A stretch of 64,000 nt of DNA. It comes from Eledone cirrhosa. Taxonomy: Eukaryota. The stretch is taken from NCBI GenBank assembly GCA_964016885.1, contig OZ024757.1, positions 28,830,001-28,894,000 of the forward strand, read 5' to 3'. This document shows, piece by piece, positions 28,358-38,716 of this stretch. The position numbers and the translations under genes are program-made. Position 1 is the first letter of the stretch; every line of letters starts with the position of its first letter. The notes beneath the pieces are model-generated. The model saw only the letters and a program-made list of their open reading frames with translations. It made no database searches and was not told where the DNA came from.

Positions 28358-28693
28358 ATACTTTGGGAGGGTCATGCTGCCAATAAAAACACACACACAA
28401 CTGTTGGTTTTCACTTGAATTTATTATAAATTTCAGGTTGGTTGGTTCAGTAACCTGATGGTTGTTTATATATTGTCAAAGCTCTTTCGTCACATTCTGT
28501 GACCTCCTAGGTGACTGATTTCTTATTTTGTGTCTCTCCTTTGTTCTGTCCTACAATGTAGGAGGAACACTTCTTGCTTCTCTGTGTGCTGGGGTGATCA
28601 GCTAAATCATGGTGGTGCTCCAACATGGTCGTCATCTGTCTGATAACTGAAGCCTGTCAAAGAAAGAATAAAAGTATATATATATACATACAT

Positions 28694-28724
<31 letters not shown>

Positions 28725-29533
28725 CAGCGTATATATGTGTTGGTATGTATATTTAATCTTGATAGTTTGTATAATTTTGTATAATTTTGTACATAGATCT
28801 GTTGAATATGCATGCCAATTCTAACACATATATATCCTAGAAACGATCGTTAAATAGTGAACTTTTTTTGTTTAATATAAGGAACTGTTTCATTGTTTTA
28901 TTCATTATTTGTTTAATATTTTATCTTGACTCTGTATACCGTTTATCTTTCACCGAAAGTGATTTTTCATTACATCTCTTCTTTCCATGATATCCGGAAT
29001 ACATTGAGTTCTTCATACGGATTGGACACTACCGTAAACTCTTGGTAGATTTATCTACATATATATATATATATATAGTAGTAGTAGTAATTGTGAGATG
29101 TGTTGTTATTGTTGTTGTCACCATTGTGCTTAGTTGCCATTATTGTTATTGTTGACATTGTTGTAGTAGTGGTGGCAGTGGTGATGGTAGTAGTAGTAGT
29201 AGTAGTAGTGGCAGCAGTATATTTAAATTTAAGATTTAAGCTCCCGATTCTTAGCTTATGTCACGTCTTAATCATTTAAGATATATTTTTTATCTAGTTA
29301 TGATGTCAATCAATAACTATGGTGACTGCTGAACTCATAAACAGAAACTGTGAATAAATATTGATTATTGATTATAACAGTGGTGGAGTGGGGGTCCTCT
29401 GTTAAGGTATTGTTTGTTTTTCTTGATAAAAGTCATGTGTGGGTTGTTTAGTTTAGCCCTAGGTCAGTCCTGAGATGAGCAAATAGACCTTTGATCAATA
29501 CTGTTTGAGTCATGTCTTTCCATTTTTTTTTAA

Positions 29534-29753
29534 CCCTTTAGTATTTAAACCAGCCGTGCCCGGCCAGAATTCTCTCAATTCTTTCTGTTCAAACCAGCTG
29601 TAATTGGCCACTCATACTGACGTTAAGGTATTGTTCTCAAAATAAATAATATTAAAATCTCATAGATTCGATATTATGTGAGATATTATGTGAAATAAAG
29701 CCTTTACTGCGAAAATAGAATAGTAAATATAGAGTAATGTAAATGCTAAAGGG
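29534..29753. mobile_element. piggyBac-type MITE
   Basis: TTAA-CCCTTTAG(T/C)ATTT...AAATGCTAAAGGG-TTAA; related copies at 55471-55678, 56200-56433 and 60522-60702 (partial). Confidence 0.85.
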
Positions 29754-29891
29754 TTAAGGCATAGTATATCTATGACTTAATAAATAAAAAAATAATGGAT
29801 AGCCATAACACGAACAGTACTGATCATAGCTCTGTTTGCTCAATCTCAGGACCGACCTAGGGTTAAATTAAGGCATAGTATATTTAAGACT

Positions 29892-30160
29892 GTTGAAACA
29901 GTAAGGAAAAGAAACTTCAGTATTTTGGTCATGTCATCAGGGCCCAAATTTCGACTACCTACATCCTTGAGGGACAAATGCAGGAGAAAAAGGCCAGGGG
30001 ACGGCAGAAAAGGAGATAGATAAATGATATTAAGGAATGGGCAGAAAAGAGTTTGACAGAATGTACAGCAATGGGAAGAGACAGGAAAAGATGGAGAGTG
30101 TTAATCTATAAGTCCATGAGCCCCGACCCTCAGATATGAGGATGGGATGAGGCTAAGGCT
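29892..30160 (+). mobile_element. 3' end of another RTE-clade LINE with TSD
   Basis: KLQYFGHVIRA...ILEG...RGRQKRR...DRKRWR; flanking TATATTTAAGACT / TATATCTAAGACT. Confidence 0.8.
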
Positions 30161-30470
30161 ATATCTAAGACTACATTATCTAATGTACCCTTTCCTCTGT
30201 GTTGTTGTTTAGCTCCAGGTCAACCCTGAGATAGAGTAGACCTATGATCAATGACATTACAACCATGACCATCCAGCATTGTTTCATTTGTTGATATTTG
30301 TATATTCATTTTTTGTTTTCTTTATTCACTAGAAGTTTGAGCCATATACATGGCTGATGTAGCTGTAGATCACGGTCCCATCTTATGCATGAAACCTGGG
30401 TTGTTAATGAAACTTACTGACAGTCGCTGAAGAGGTGAGCATTAGTCCTGTAGAAGCCATTTCTATATTA

Positions 30471-30506
<36 letters not shown>

Positions 30507-30659
30507 GTTAAAAAAATATTGTTATAGGCAATCGAGTTAGAGGTTGTGAATACTTCTTATTATGGATAGTTTTAGCATACAGCGTTGTTTGACTCAACAA
30601 GAAGTTTACATAGATGACGAGTTTATGATTTCACTTGTATTCCTATGTAAGTTTATCTT

Positions 30660-30821
30660 GTTGTCTGAAATTTGCTGAACACTATAAGCAGTGCCACTCA
30701 ATTTCAAATACGATGCTAGCTCAATCAGATCTTCAGAAACAGTTTCTGAAGATCTGATCGAGCTAGCATCGTATTTGAAATTGAGTGGCACTGCTTCTAG
30801 TGTTCAGCAATTTTTAGACAA
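30660..30821. repeat. Near-perfect ~160-bp palindrome
   Basis: Centre ~30741; both strands give the same peptide in the ORF track. Confidence 0.9.
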
Positions 30822-30965
30822 AGTGGTCGTGGAGGTGCCACTGCAAAAAAAGCACCAAGCACTCACTGTAAATGAGGTTGGTGTTAGGAAGGGCATCCAG
30901 CTGTAGAAATCAAGCCTGAATCAGTTCCTGTCCCACCCTTGCAAGCAGGGAAAAGTGGATGTAAA

Positions 30966-31000
<35 letters not shown>

Positions 31001-31029
31001 ATATGTATGTATGTATGTATGTATGAATA

Positions 31030-31470
31030 TATGTTCTTCTGGTTTTATAATTCCACAAATTTTTGCCAATAGAGAGAGAGTTGGTTTCTAACATAGACAC
31101 AAGACTCTCTCATTGGAATTTACACAACATCAACTAGGTAGATTATGTATGCATGCATGTGTAGATATGGATGTTATTGTATGTGTGGATGTGTACGTTT
31201 TGAGTTGTATGTGTGCATGTGTATATGCTTTGTATCTGTACATGTGTATATACAGTTATTAGATGCAAACTTTTTGGAATGTTTTACATATTTTTACTGT
31301 TCCATTAATGGATTGTACTTGTAATTTCCTAACTAGTTGTGTTCTCTCTAGCTTCTCAAGATTTGTATTGAGGCAGTTACTAACATACTCCAGTGCCCCA
31401 ATAATCACAGGCATAAATCTGAAGGTGTAATCAGGGTGGAGTATCTGCAGATTTCTCATCAGTTCTGCAG
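31030..31470 (-). mobile_element. 3' fragment of an RLE-encoding non-LTR element between (TATG)n tracts
   Basis: C-terminus PVIIGAL...KLQVQSINGTVKICKTF; (TATG)n at 31003-31025 and 31471-31535. Confidence 0.65.
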
Positions 31471-31506
31471 TATGTATGTATGTATGTATGTATGTATGTA
31501 TGTATG

Positions 31507-31538
<32 letters not shown>

Positions 31539-31620
31539 AGGTAAACAGAAATAACAACACAATAGGTACAGTATATGGAAGGAATATATTAGGTTAACAC
31601 TTGAAATAGCAGGAAGAGGG

Positions 31621-31656
31621 TCTTAACGTTTCGAACGCTAGTCCTTCATCAGAAGA
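31621..31656 (-). ncRNA. Minimal hammerhead ribozyme (decayed copy at ~25062-25097)
   Basis: tctt CTGATGA a ggac-tagc-gttc GAAA cg TT aaga. Confidence 0.65.
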
Positions 31657-32039
31657 AAGAATGATAAATAAGATAACTTGAAATGACATGGCTTCTACAG
31701 GACTAGAACTGATGATTTCTTTTAAATATAACAGTTCTAGTCCTGTAGAAGCCATATCTATATTAAACTTGATGTTTACACTCTACTAATGTATTGAGTA
31801 CCTTACTTACTGTGGTTACTTCTGATTGAACCCAGGACACACATATACACACACACAAATATATATATATATATATTAAATTAAATTAAAAGTAGGATGA
31901 CGTATGTATATAAAATACTTTTAATTCAATTTAATATAAATGCTTGGATTTGCTACTTGGAATCTTAGAGCTTATTTCACAGGTGGTATGGCAATTGATT
32001 CTGATATTCTCAGACATGACATCCTTAATCTAATTTTGG

Positions 32040-32098
<59 letters not shown>

Positions 32099-32100
<2 letters not shown>

Positions 32101-32514
32101 ATTAACAAATGGAAACTATATTTATAAAACCATATTTATTTCATTATACATATTTCAAGGACACCAAGTTAAATTATGGTGTGCTTTCATCAGATAAAAT
32201 ATAATATAGATCAGTCTTATAAATAAATATTGACATACCCTTAAAGAATGCAACCATTGCTGTTGGAAGCTCCCGGATAGTGGAGTTGTAGCTTTAATTT
32301 TATTATTAGTGTTGGATATTTTTATTTTTAAAATAAGCCGTTGGGTTACGGAGAAAGAGAAAGATAGAGAAGGGTATGTCAATATTTATTTATAAAACTG
32401 ATCTATATTATATTTTATCTGATGAAAGCACACCATAATTTAACTTGGTGTCCTTGAAATATGTATAATGAAATAAATATGGTTTTATAAATATAGTTTC
32501 CATTTTGTTAATAT
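32099..32514. mobile_element. Fold-back element with ~144-bp inverted arms, each holding a hammerhead-like core
   Basis: 32099-32242 is the near reverse complement of 32370-32514; CTGATGA-aag.acacca/tggtgt.ctt-GAAA. Confidence 0.7.
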
Positions 32515-32578
32515 CGTATTTTTATATCAGTTATAAAAATATTTGCTTGTTGTATCCCAACAATTTAAATAGAACTTT

Positions 32579-32613
<35 letters not shown>

Positions 32614-32970
32614 TTTAACAACTGACTTCATATTTTGAGTTCTGAAGAGGACAAATATTCTAAATTCAAATTATAAACATTGCGTTATATTTTTTTGATT
32701 CGAGTGATAAATAGTGTTTTATTACTTTTTCTGATAATTATACCTATTAATATATATATGCGTATGTGTAGACTTAGTTCTATAGCTACATACTGTATAT
32801 TACACACACACACACACCAGTCATGTGGTCGAAATAAACTATACTGCCAGTTTGCAAAAAAAAAGAGAAATATATATATATATATAAGTTTAACCCGAGT
32901 TCAATCGGGGGTAACCACAGTAAGTAAGGGAGTCAATACATAGCAGAGTATACATATTTAATATGGAAAT

Positions 32971-33022
32971 GGCTTCTACAGGACTAGAACTGTTTCATTC
33001 GGGAGAAATCATCAGGAAGGCC
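32971..33022 (-). ncRNA. Type-I hammerhead ribozyme (family also at 50955-51005, + strand)
   Basis: cttc CTGATGA t-ttc-tccc-gaa-t GAAA cag-ttctagtc-ctg TA gaag. Confidence 0.7.
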
Positions 33023-33080
33023 ATTGGGCTTCCTGATGATTTCTCTATGTGATGATTTCCTGATGATTTCTATATATAAA

Positions 33081-33121
<41 letters not shown>

Positions 33122-33303
33122 TTTTATATGCAGAAGAAGGATAACTATCTGAGAAAATTTGCAGAGTTATCATCCCTGAAATAAACTATAACGCTTTTGA
33201 GTTATGTCCCTGAGATTACGTATAAAGCAAACATACACAGACACACACACACACATAGATATATCTCCATCATTCCGTATCCAGCACTGCCACCACCACC
33301 ACC

Positions 33304-33364
<61 letters not shown>

Positions 33365-33601
33365 CTACTACTACTACTACTACTAATAATGATAATAATA
33401 ATGGTTTCTAACATAGGCACAAGGACAGCAATTTTTTTTTTACCGATACTGCCAATCCACCGCCCTAATGACAATAATAATAATAATAATAATAATAATT
33501 GTTTCTATTTTTTGGCACAAGGCCAGCAATTACCCAGTGCATTACTGGTGCTTTATTTTATCGACCCCGTGAGGATGAAAGGCAAAATTAACCTCGGTGG
33601 G

Positions 33602-33650
<49 letters not shown>

Positions 33651-34321
33651 TAATAATAATGGTTTCTTATATAGGCACAAGGCCAGCAATTTTGGGGGAG
33701 GGGAAAGTCGATTAAATCGACCCCAGTGCGTGACTAGTACTTTATTTTATCGACCCCGTAAGGATGAAAGGCAAAGTTAACCTCGGCGGGATTTGAACTC
33801 AGACCATAAAGGGCCGTAACTCTTTGCTGCAAAGCATGGCGTCCGACCCTCTACCGATACTGCCAATCCACTATAATAATAATAATAATAATAGACGTTT
33901 AGTAAATATTAATCACATCTCTCACAGCCATTCCTGAGCCCTTGCAGCATAACAAGAAGAAACCTGCGTCGATTACTGGTATGGGGGCGACAGATCCCAT
34001 CAGGCTACAGTTACCCTAATGACGGAGAAAAGTGGATACAAGCTTATCTATTACATCTGCAAAACTCCAGTTCAAATTGTACGATAGATTATAAATGTTT
34101 TATGAAAAGATAGTATATATAAGAGTACATACATCATAACGTGTCTTTTGAATGGGTTGAAAAAGGAAGGAGAATAACTTCTTTATGTACGGGTTTGAGT
34201 TGTTTCTCTTGTTTGCCTACTTTATATAAAGAGTTATCTCCCCCAAATGAAATGTCATTAAGCATTTTATTTTGGTAACAACTATGAATATTAATCAACA
34301 TGAGAACAACTTTCAAATTCA

Positions 34322-34364
<43 letters not shown>

Positions 34365-34365
<1 letters not shown>

Positions 34366-37300
34366 GACTGGGGTCGAAAAATCAGCTAATGGTTCAAACC
34401 TTCCCATCACTTCGGAGCTGGAGACCTCCCATAACCGGAATACTCCTACTGTTGGCCCTCCATGCTCACCACCAAGAAATCCAAAGAAAAAGAGAGAAAA
34501 ATGGTCAAGGGAAGATAATAAAGAAGTCCTTGAGGCTTTCTATACTGCCATGTACTACCCATCAAATACATCGAATACAGAGCAAACATATATCAACTGG
34601 AAAAAGAAACATCCCGAAAACAGAGGCTATATTGACAGTAACAAACTAGCCAATATACAAAGAAATATTGTAAGAAAAAAGTTACTAACTGATATAGAAA
34701 TTGATCAGATCAAGCTAGTAGCACAAAGTCAGCGAAGGGAAAATGAAGCACGTGTCAGTGAAAACGAGGTAAACTGTAACACTTCGAAACCCAGAGTTGG
34801 GGTGGAATCACTGGCAACAGAACAAATTAAAGAAAGGAGCGAAAAAGTGGAGGGAGTGCATGCTCAGGATGAAACTCCAAATGAAAATAATGAGATCGTA
34901 AATGATAAAGAAATGAATGAGAATGAACTTGCCAACTTGAAGGATGAAATTATGATCGAATGGATGAAAATGAAAGAAACTGACATGGGGGAACGAGACA
35001 CCCTCCCTAAGATCCAGAACTCCAAACAGAACCAAAAGATAATACACAAGACTAACATAATTCTCAAAAACATTATCATCACAAACAAAATAAACATTAC
35101 TGACTTAAATCATCTCTATTATGCATCGGCTAAAGTCACCACTCACTTATGTGGAGTGAAGATGAAAAAACAAAGGAATTCCCACAAGAAATCTACTTGG
35201 CAAGATAACATCAATCGCCAAATAAACCTTCTCCGATCTGACATAGAAATTTTAACAAACTATAAAGTAGGTGAACATGTTAAACAAACTAAACTTAGAA
35301 AATTGAAAAAAAAGTACAGTATAAGATCAACATGTGACATAGACATGCTGATAGAAACAATCAAGCAAAAAGTGTCGGCCAAAGCTGCTCGTATAAGGCG
35401 CTTTGAAAAACGATCTAGATTCTATAAGGACAATAATATGTTCAAAAACAACCAAAGAAACTTCTACAGAAAAATTGGTAAGTCAACAATAACTGCTAAA
35501 TCAATACCACCCAAGGAGGAAGTGCAAGAATTCTGGGAAAAGATCTGGGCCGAAGAAAAAGTTCATAACATACATGCCCCATGGATAGACAGACAAATGA
35601 AAGAAACAGCTCACCTTGAAGAACAAACATGGGAAAATATAACAGTTGAACAGCTGCGCTTGGCTCTAAGAAAAACCAGCAAATGGAAATCCCCAGGAAA
35701 AGACAAAATACAAAACTTTTGGATAAATGCCTTCACAGAGTCTCATGAGCTGTTGGCCCAACTTTACAATGAAATAGTTAAGGAGCCAGAAAAGATACCA
35801 TCATGGCTAGTTAACGGCATTACATTCCTGCTACCGAAGAATGATGAGACAAACAATCCCAAAAATTACAGACCGATAACCTGCTTGACCACAATGTATA
35901 AAATTTTAACATCAGTCCTAACTGAATACACATATGACCACCTGATAACAAATGACCTATTTCCCATTGAGCAGAAAGGGTGTAAACGAGGCTCATATGG
36001 CTGTAAGGATCAGCTTCTGGTTAACAAAATGATACTGGAAGATTGTCATAATAGACACAAAAATCTATCGATTGCTTGGATAGATTATAAAAAAGCATTT
36101 GATAGTTTGCCACACAGTTGGATTGAAAAATGTTTAGAGATTTTCAAAATATCCCCCGTTGTCAGGAGGTTTTTGTCATTCAGTATGAGGACATGGAGAA
36201 CGACACTCCTTTTGAATAGTGAAACAAAATCACTGGAAGCTGGAGAAGTTAACATTAATTGTGGAATTTTTCAGGGTGACTCTTTATCACCGCTTTTATT
36301 CTGCATCGCACTTATACCATTAAGTAAAATGCTCAATGAAACAAAACATGGATATAGAGTCTATGACAAAACCATTAATCACCTGTTCTACATGGATGAC
36401 CTGAAACTATTCGCAAAAAATGATGAACAATTGCAAGGGCTATTATCCACTGTGAAGCAGTTCAGTGATGACATTAAAATGGAGTTTGGACTGGATAAAT
36501 GCGCCAAAGCAACGTTCACCAGAGGAAAGCTGCTGAAGAGTTCAGACATTAATCTTGATCGGGGGAACGTGATAAGAGAGCTTGATCAAGAACAAACTTA
36601 CAAATATCTAGGTGTTTGTGAAGGAGACGGAATCAAGCACTCGACAATGAGGGAAAGGATAAGGAAGGAATGTTACCGCAGAGTCAGAGCAATCTTAAGA
36701 ACGGAATTGAATGCAAGGAATAGGATCGATGCCATAAACACGCTTGCCATACCAGTAGTAACCTACAGTTACAATGTCATCAACTGGTCAAGCACAGAGA
36801 TCCGTAGGCTCGATACAAAAATCCGAAAATTCTTAACCATGCACAGAATGCATCACCCTAAGGCAGACATAGATAGAATATATCTCCCTAGGAAAGAAGG
36901 AGGACGTGGGTTAATCCAGTTAGACATTGCGTTGAAAACTGCAACAATTGGATTATCCACATATCTAAGGGAATCACATGATTGGATGATCAAACTCGTT
37001 TTGAAACACGAAAGCACCAAAAGATCATATTCCATTACAAAAGATGCACAAAGATACAGTAATGGACTACAAATTTCAGAAGTCCCATTTACTGCTGAAA
37101 TGGAAAACACAGAAAAAGCAAAGCAGGTAAAAGTAACTGCAAAGAAAGAACTGCTACAGAAACTGGCTAAGAAATGGCAAGAAAAGCCTCTGTATGGAAA
37201 ATACCCAGAGCGAGCTAACAATCCTGATGTTGACAAAACTTTAACCCATCAGTGGTTGGCATCTTCTGGACTGAAATCGGAGACTGAAGGACTGATTATC

Positions 37301-38080
37301 TCCGCACAAGATCAGTGTCTGCCAACAAAAAATTACCAAGCCAACATAATAAAAAATGGGTGCAGCCCATTATACCGTGTATGCAAAAAACAACCAGAGA
37401 CCATTGACCATATAATTTCAATGTGCAGTCCTATAGCTCCAACCGAATACCTAAACAGGCATGACAGAGCTGCACAATACATACATTGGATAATGTGTAA
37501 GCATTTTGACCTGCCCTATCAAAAGAATTGGTGGGAGCATCAACCACCTCCCATACTTGAAAAAGATCACATCTCAATCTTGTGGAACTTTAGCATCCAA
37601 ACAGACCGAAAAATAGATGCAAATAGACCTGATATAATATTGAAGGACTTTCAAAGGAGGGTATGCCTGCTAATTGATATGTCTGTTCCAATAGACAAGA
37701 ATGTATCTATAAAAACATTTGAAAAATTGAGCAAGTATAAGGACCTGGAGATAGAAATTGGAAAAATGTGGAAATTGAGAACTAAAACAATACCAGTGGT
37801 TGTAGGCGCTCTGGGAATGATACCTAAGGGGTCTAACGACTACTTATCGCAAATCCCAGGAAACCCGCGTATAGGAGAAATACAAAAGATAGTACTAATG
37901 GGAACTGCCCATATACTAAGGAAGATCCTGTCAATATAAGTACATCACAAGTCTAAACACTAAGGATGCATGTGTGAATATGTGTGTTCTTTCTTGAACA
38001 TGGCGGACCTTGTTGTCTCTTGAGGTCACTGGTTGTGACTTGGTGATAACTCGTATAAACATAAAGCAAGATAAATGCAA
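34365..38080 (+). mobile_element. R4/Dong-like non-LTR retrotransposon flanked by (TAA)n
   Basis: (TAA)n at 34324-34364 and 38080-38100; single long ORF; ~140-bp 3' UTR. Confidence 0.92.
34550..37939 (+). CDS. Reverse transcriptase + CCHC knuckle + restriction-like endonuclease (1129 aa; frame open from 34367)
   Basis: [47 protein letters not shown]; ETIDHIISMC; RHD; RPDII..D...IDMSVP...K..KY; PVVVGALG. Confidence 0.95.
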   Translation: MYYPSNTSNTEQTYINWKKKHPENRGYIDSNKLANIQRNIVRKKLLTDIEIDQIKLVAQSQRRENEARVSENEVNCNTSKPRVGVESLATEQIKERSEKVEGVHAQDETPNENNEIVNDKEMNENELANLKDEIMIEWMKMKETDMGERDTLPKIQNSKQNQKIIHKTNIILKNIIITNKINITDLNHLYYASAKVTTHLCGVKMKKQRNSHKKSTWQDNINRQINLLRSDIEILTNYKVGEHVKQTKLRKLKKKYSIRSTCDIDMLIETIKQKVSAKAARIRRFEKRSRFYKDNNMFKNNQRNFYRKIGKSTITAKSIPPKEEVQEFWEKIWAEEKVHNIHAPWIDRQMKETAHLEEQTWENITVEQLRLALRKTSKWKSPGKDKIQNFWINAFTESHELLAQLYNEIVKEPEKIPSWLVNGITFLLPKNDETNNPKNYRPITCLTTMYKILTSVLTEYTYDHLITNDLFPIEQKGCKRGSYGCKDQLLVNKMILEDCHNRHKNLSIAWIDYKKAFDSLPHSWIEKCLEIFKISPVVRRFLSFSMRTWRTTLLLNSETKSLEAGEVNINCGIFQGDSLSPLLFCIALIPLSKMLNETKHGYRVYDKTINHLFYMDDLKLFAKNDEQLQGLLSTVKQFSDDIKMEFGLDKCAKATFTRGKLLKSSDINLDRGNVIRELDQEQTYKYLGVCEGDGIKHSTMRERIRKECYRRVRAILRTELNARNRIDAINTLAIPVVTYSYNVINWSSTEIRRLDTKIRKFLTMHRMHHPKADIDRIYLPRKEGGRGLIQLDIALKTATIGLSTYLRESHDWMIKLVLKHESTKRSYSITKDAQRYSNGLQISEVPFTAEMENTEKAKQVKVTAKKELLQKLAKKWQEKPLYGKYPERANNPDVDKTLTHQWLASSGLKSETEGLIISAQDQCLPTKNYQANIIKNGCSPLYRVCKKQPETIDHIISMCSPIAPTEYLNRHDRAAQYIHWIMCKHFDLPYQKNWWEHQPPPILEKDHISILWNFSIQTDRKIDANRPDIILKDFQRRVCLLIDMSVPIDKNVSIKTFEKLSKYKDLEIEIGKMWKLRTKTIPVVVGALGMIPKGSNDYLSQIPGNPRIGEIQKIVLMGTAHILRKILSI

Positions 38081-38100
38081 ATAATAATAATAATAATAAT

Positions 38101-38455
38101 GTTTTCTTTATTAACCACAAGGGTTTACATAAAGTAGACATTAAGGACAGTACAGGACAATACAGGACAGTACAAATGGGCATTTCTGTGTGTAAAAAAC
38201 AAGAAACAGAGGATGTAATAATAGAACAATGAAAAAATTCCCCAATAGGGAGGAGACTTCCGAGGGACATTCGTGGAGAAAGCCCATTAAAAAGCCACAG
38301 TGACCCTGACCATCAGGGCAAGTGCCCTCTCCCAGTTTTCCACCTTTAATTTACAGACACATACTCAGAGTAGGCCCATTCACTCGGGCCATTCTTGCCT
38401 CTCTCACCCATCTTTCAACAAAATGCTGGGAAGAGAGCACTTCCCTCTCTACCCA
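38101..38455 (-). mobile_element. 3' end of an L1/Tx1-like LINE
   Basis: REVLSSQHFVERWVREARMARVNGPTLSMCL* (stop ~38351), then a 3' UTR ending AATAAAGA; related short ends at ~42832, 51776 and 54261. Confidence 0.55.
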
Positions 38456-38666
38456 GCAATTTTTTTAAGGGGAGGGGAAAGTCAATTAAATCGACCCTGG
38501 TACATTACTGGTGTTTTATTTTATCAACCCCGAAAGGCAAGGTTAACTTTGCCTTTCATCCTTACGGGGACGATAAAATAAAGTACCAGTAATGTACTGG
38601 GCTCAATTTAATCGACTTTCCCCTACCCTTATAAAAATTGCTGGCCTTGTGCCTTAAGTAGAAACA

Positions 38667-38708
<42 letters not shown>

Positions 38709-38716
38709 GTTGTTGT

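Noticed and set aside
28298-28414. N-terminal extension of the 445-aa RTE ORF
   Set aside because: Read-through across (TA)n into unrelated flank; RT homology stops at 28297
30745-30800. Hammerhead within the palindrome (CTGAAGA...GAAA)
   Set aside because: Stems I and III could not be formed convincingly
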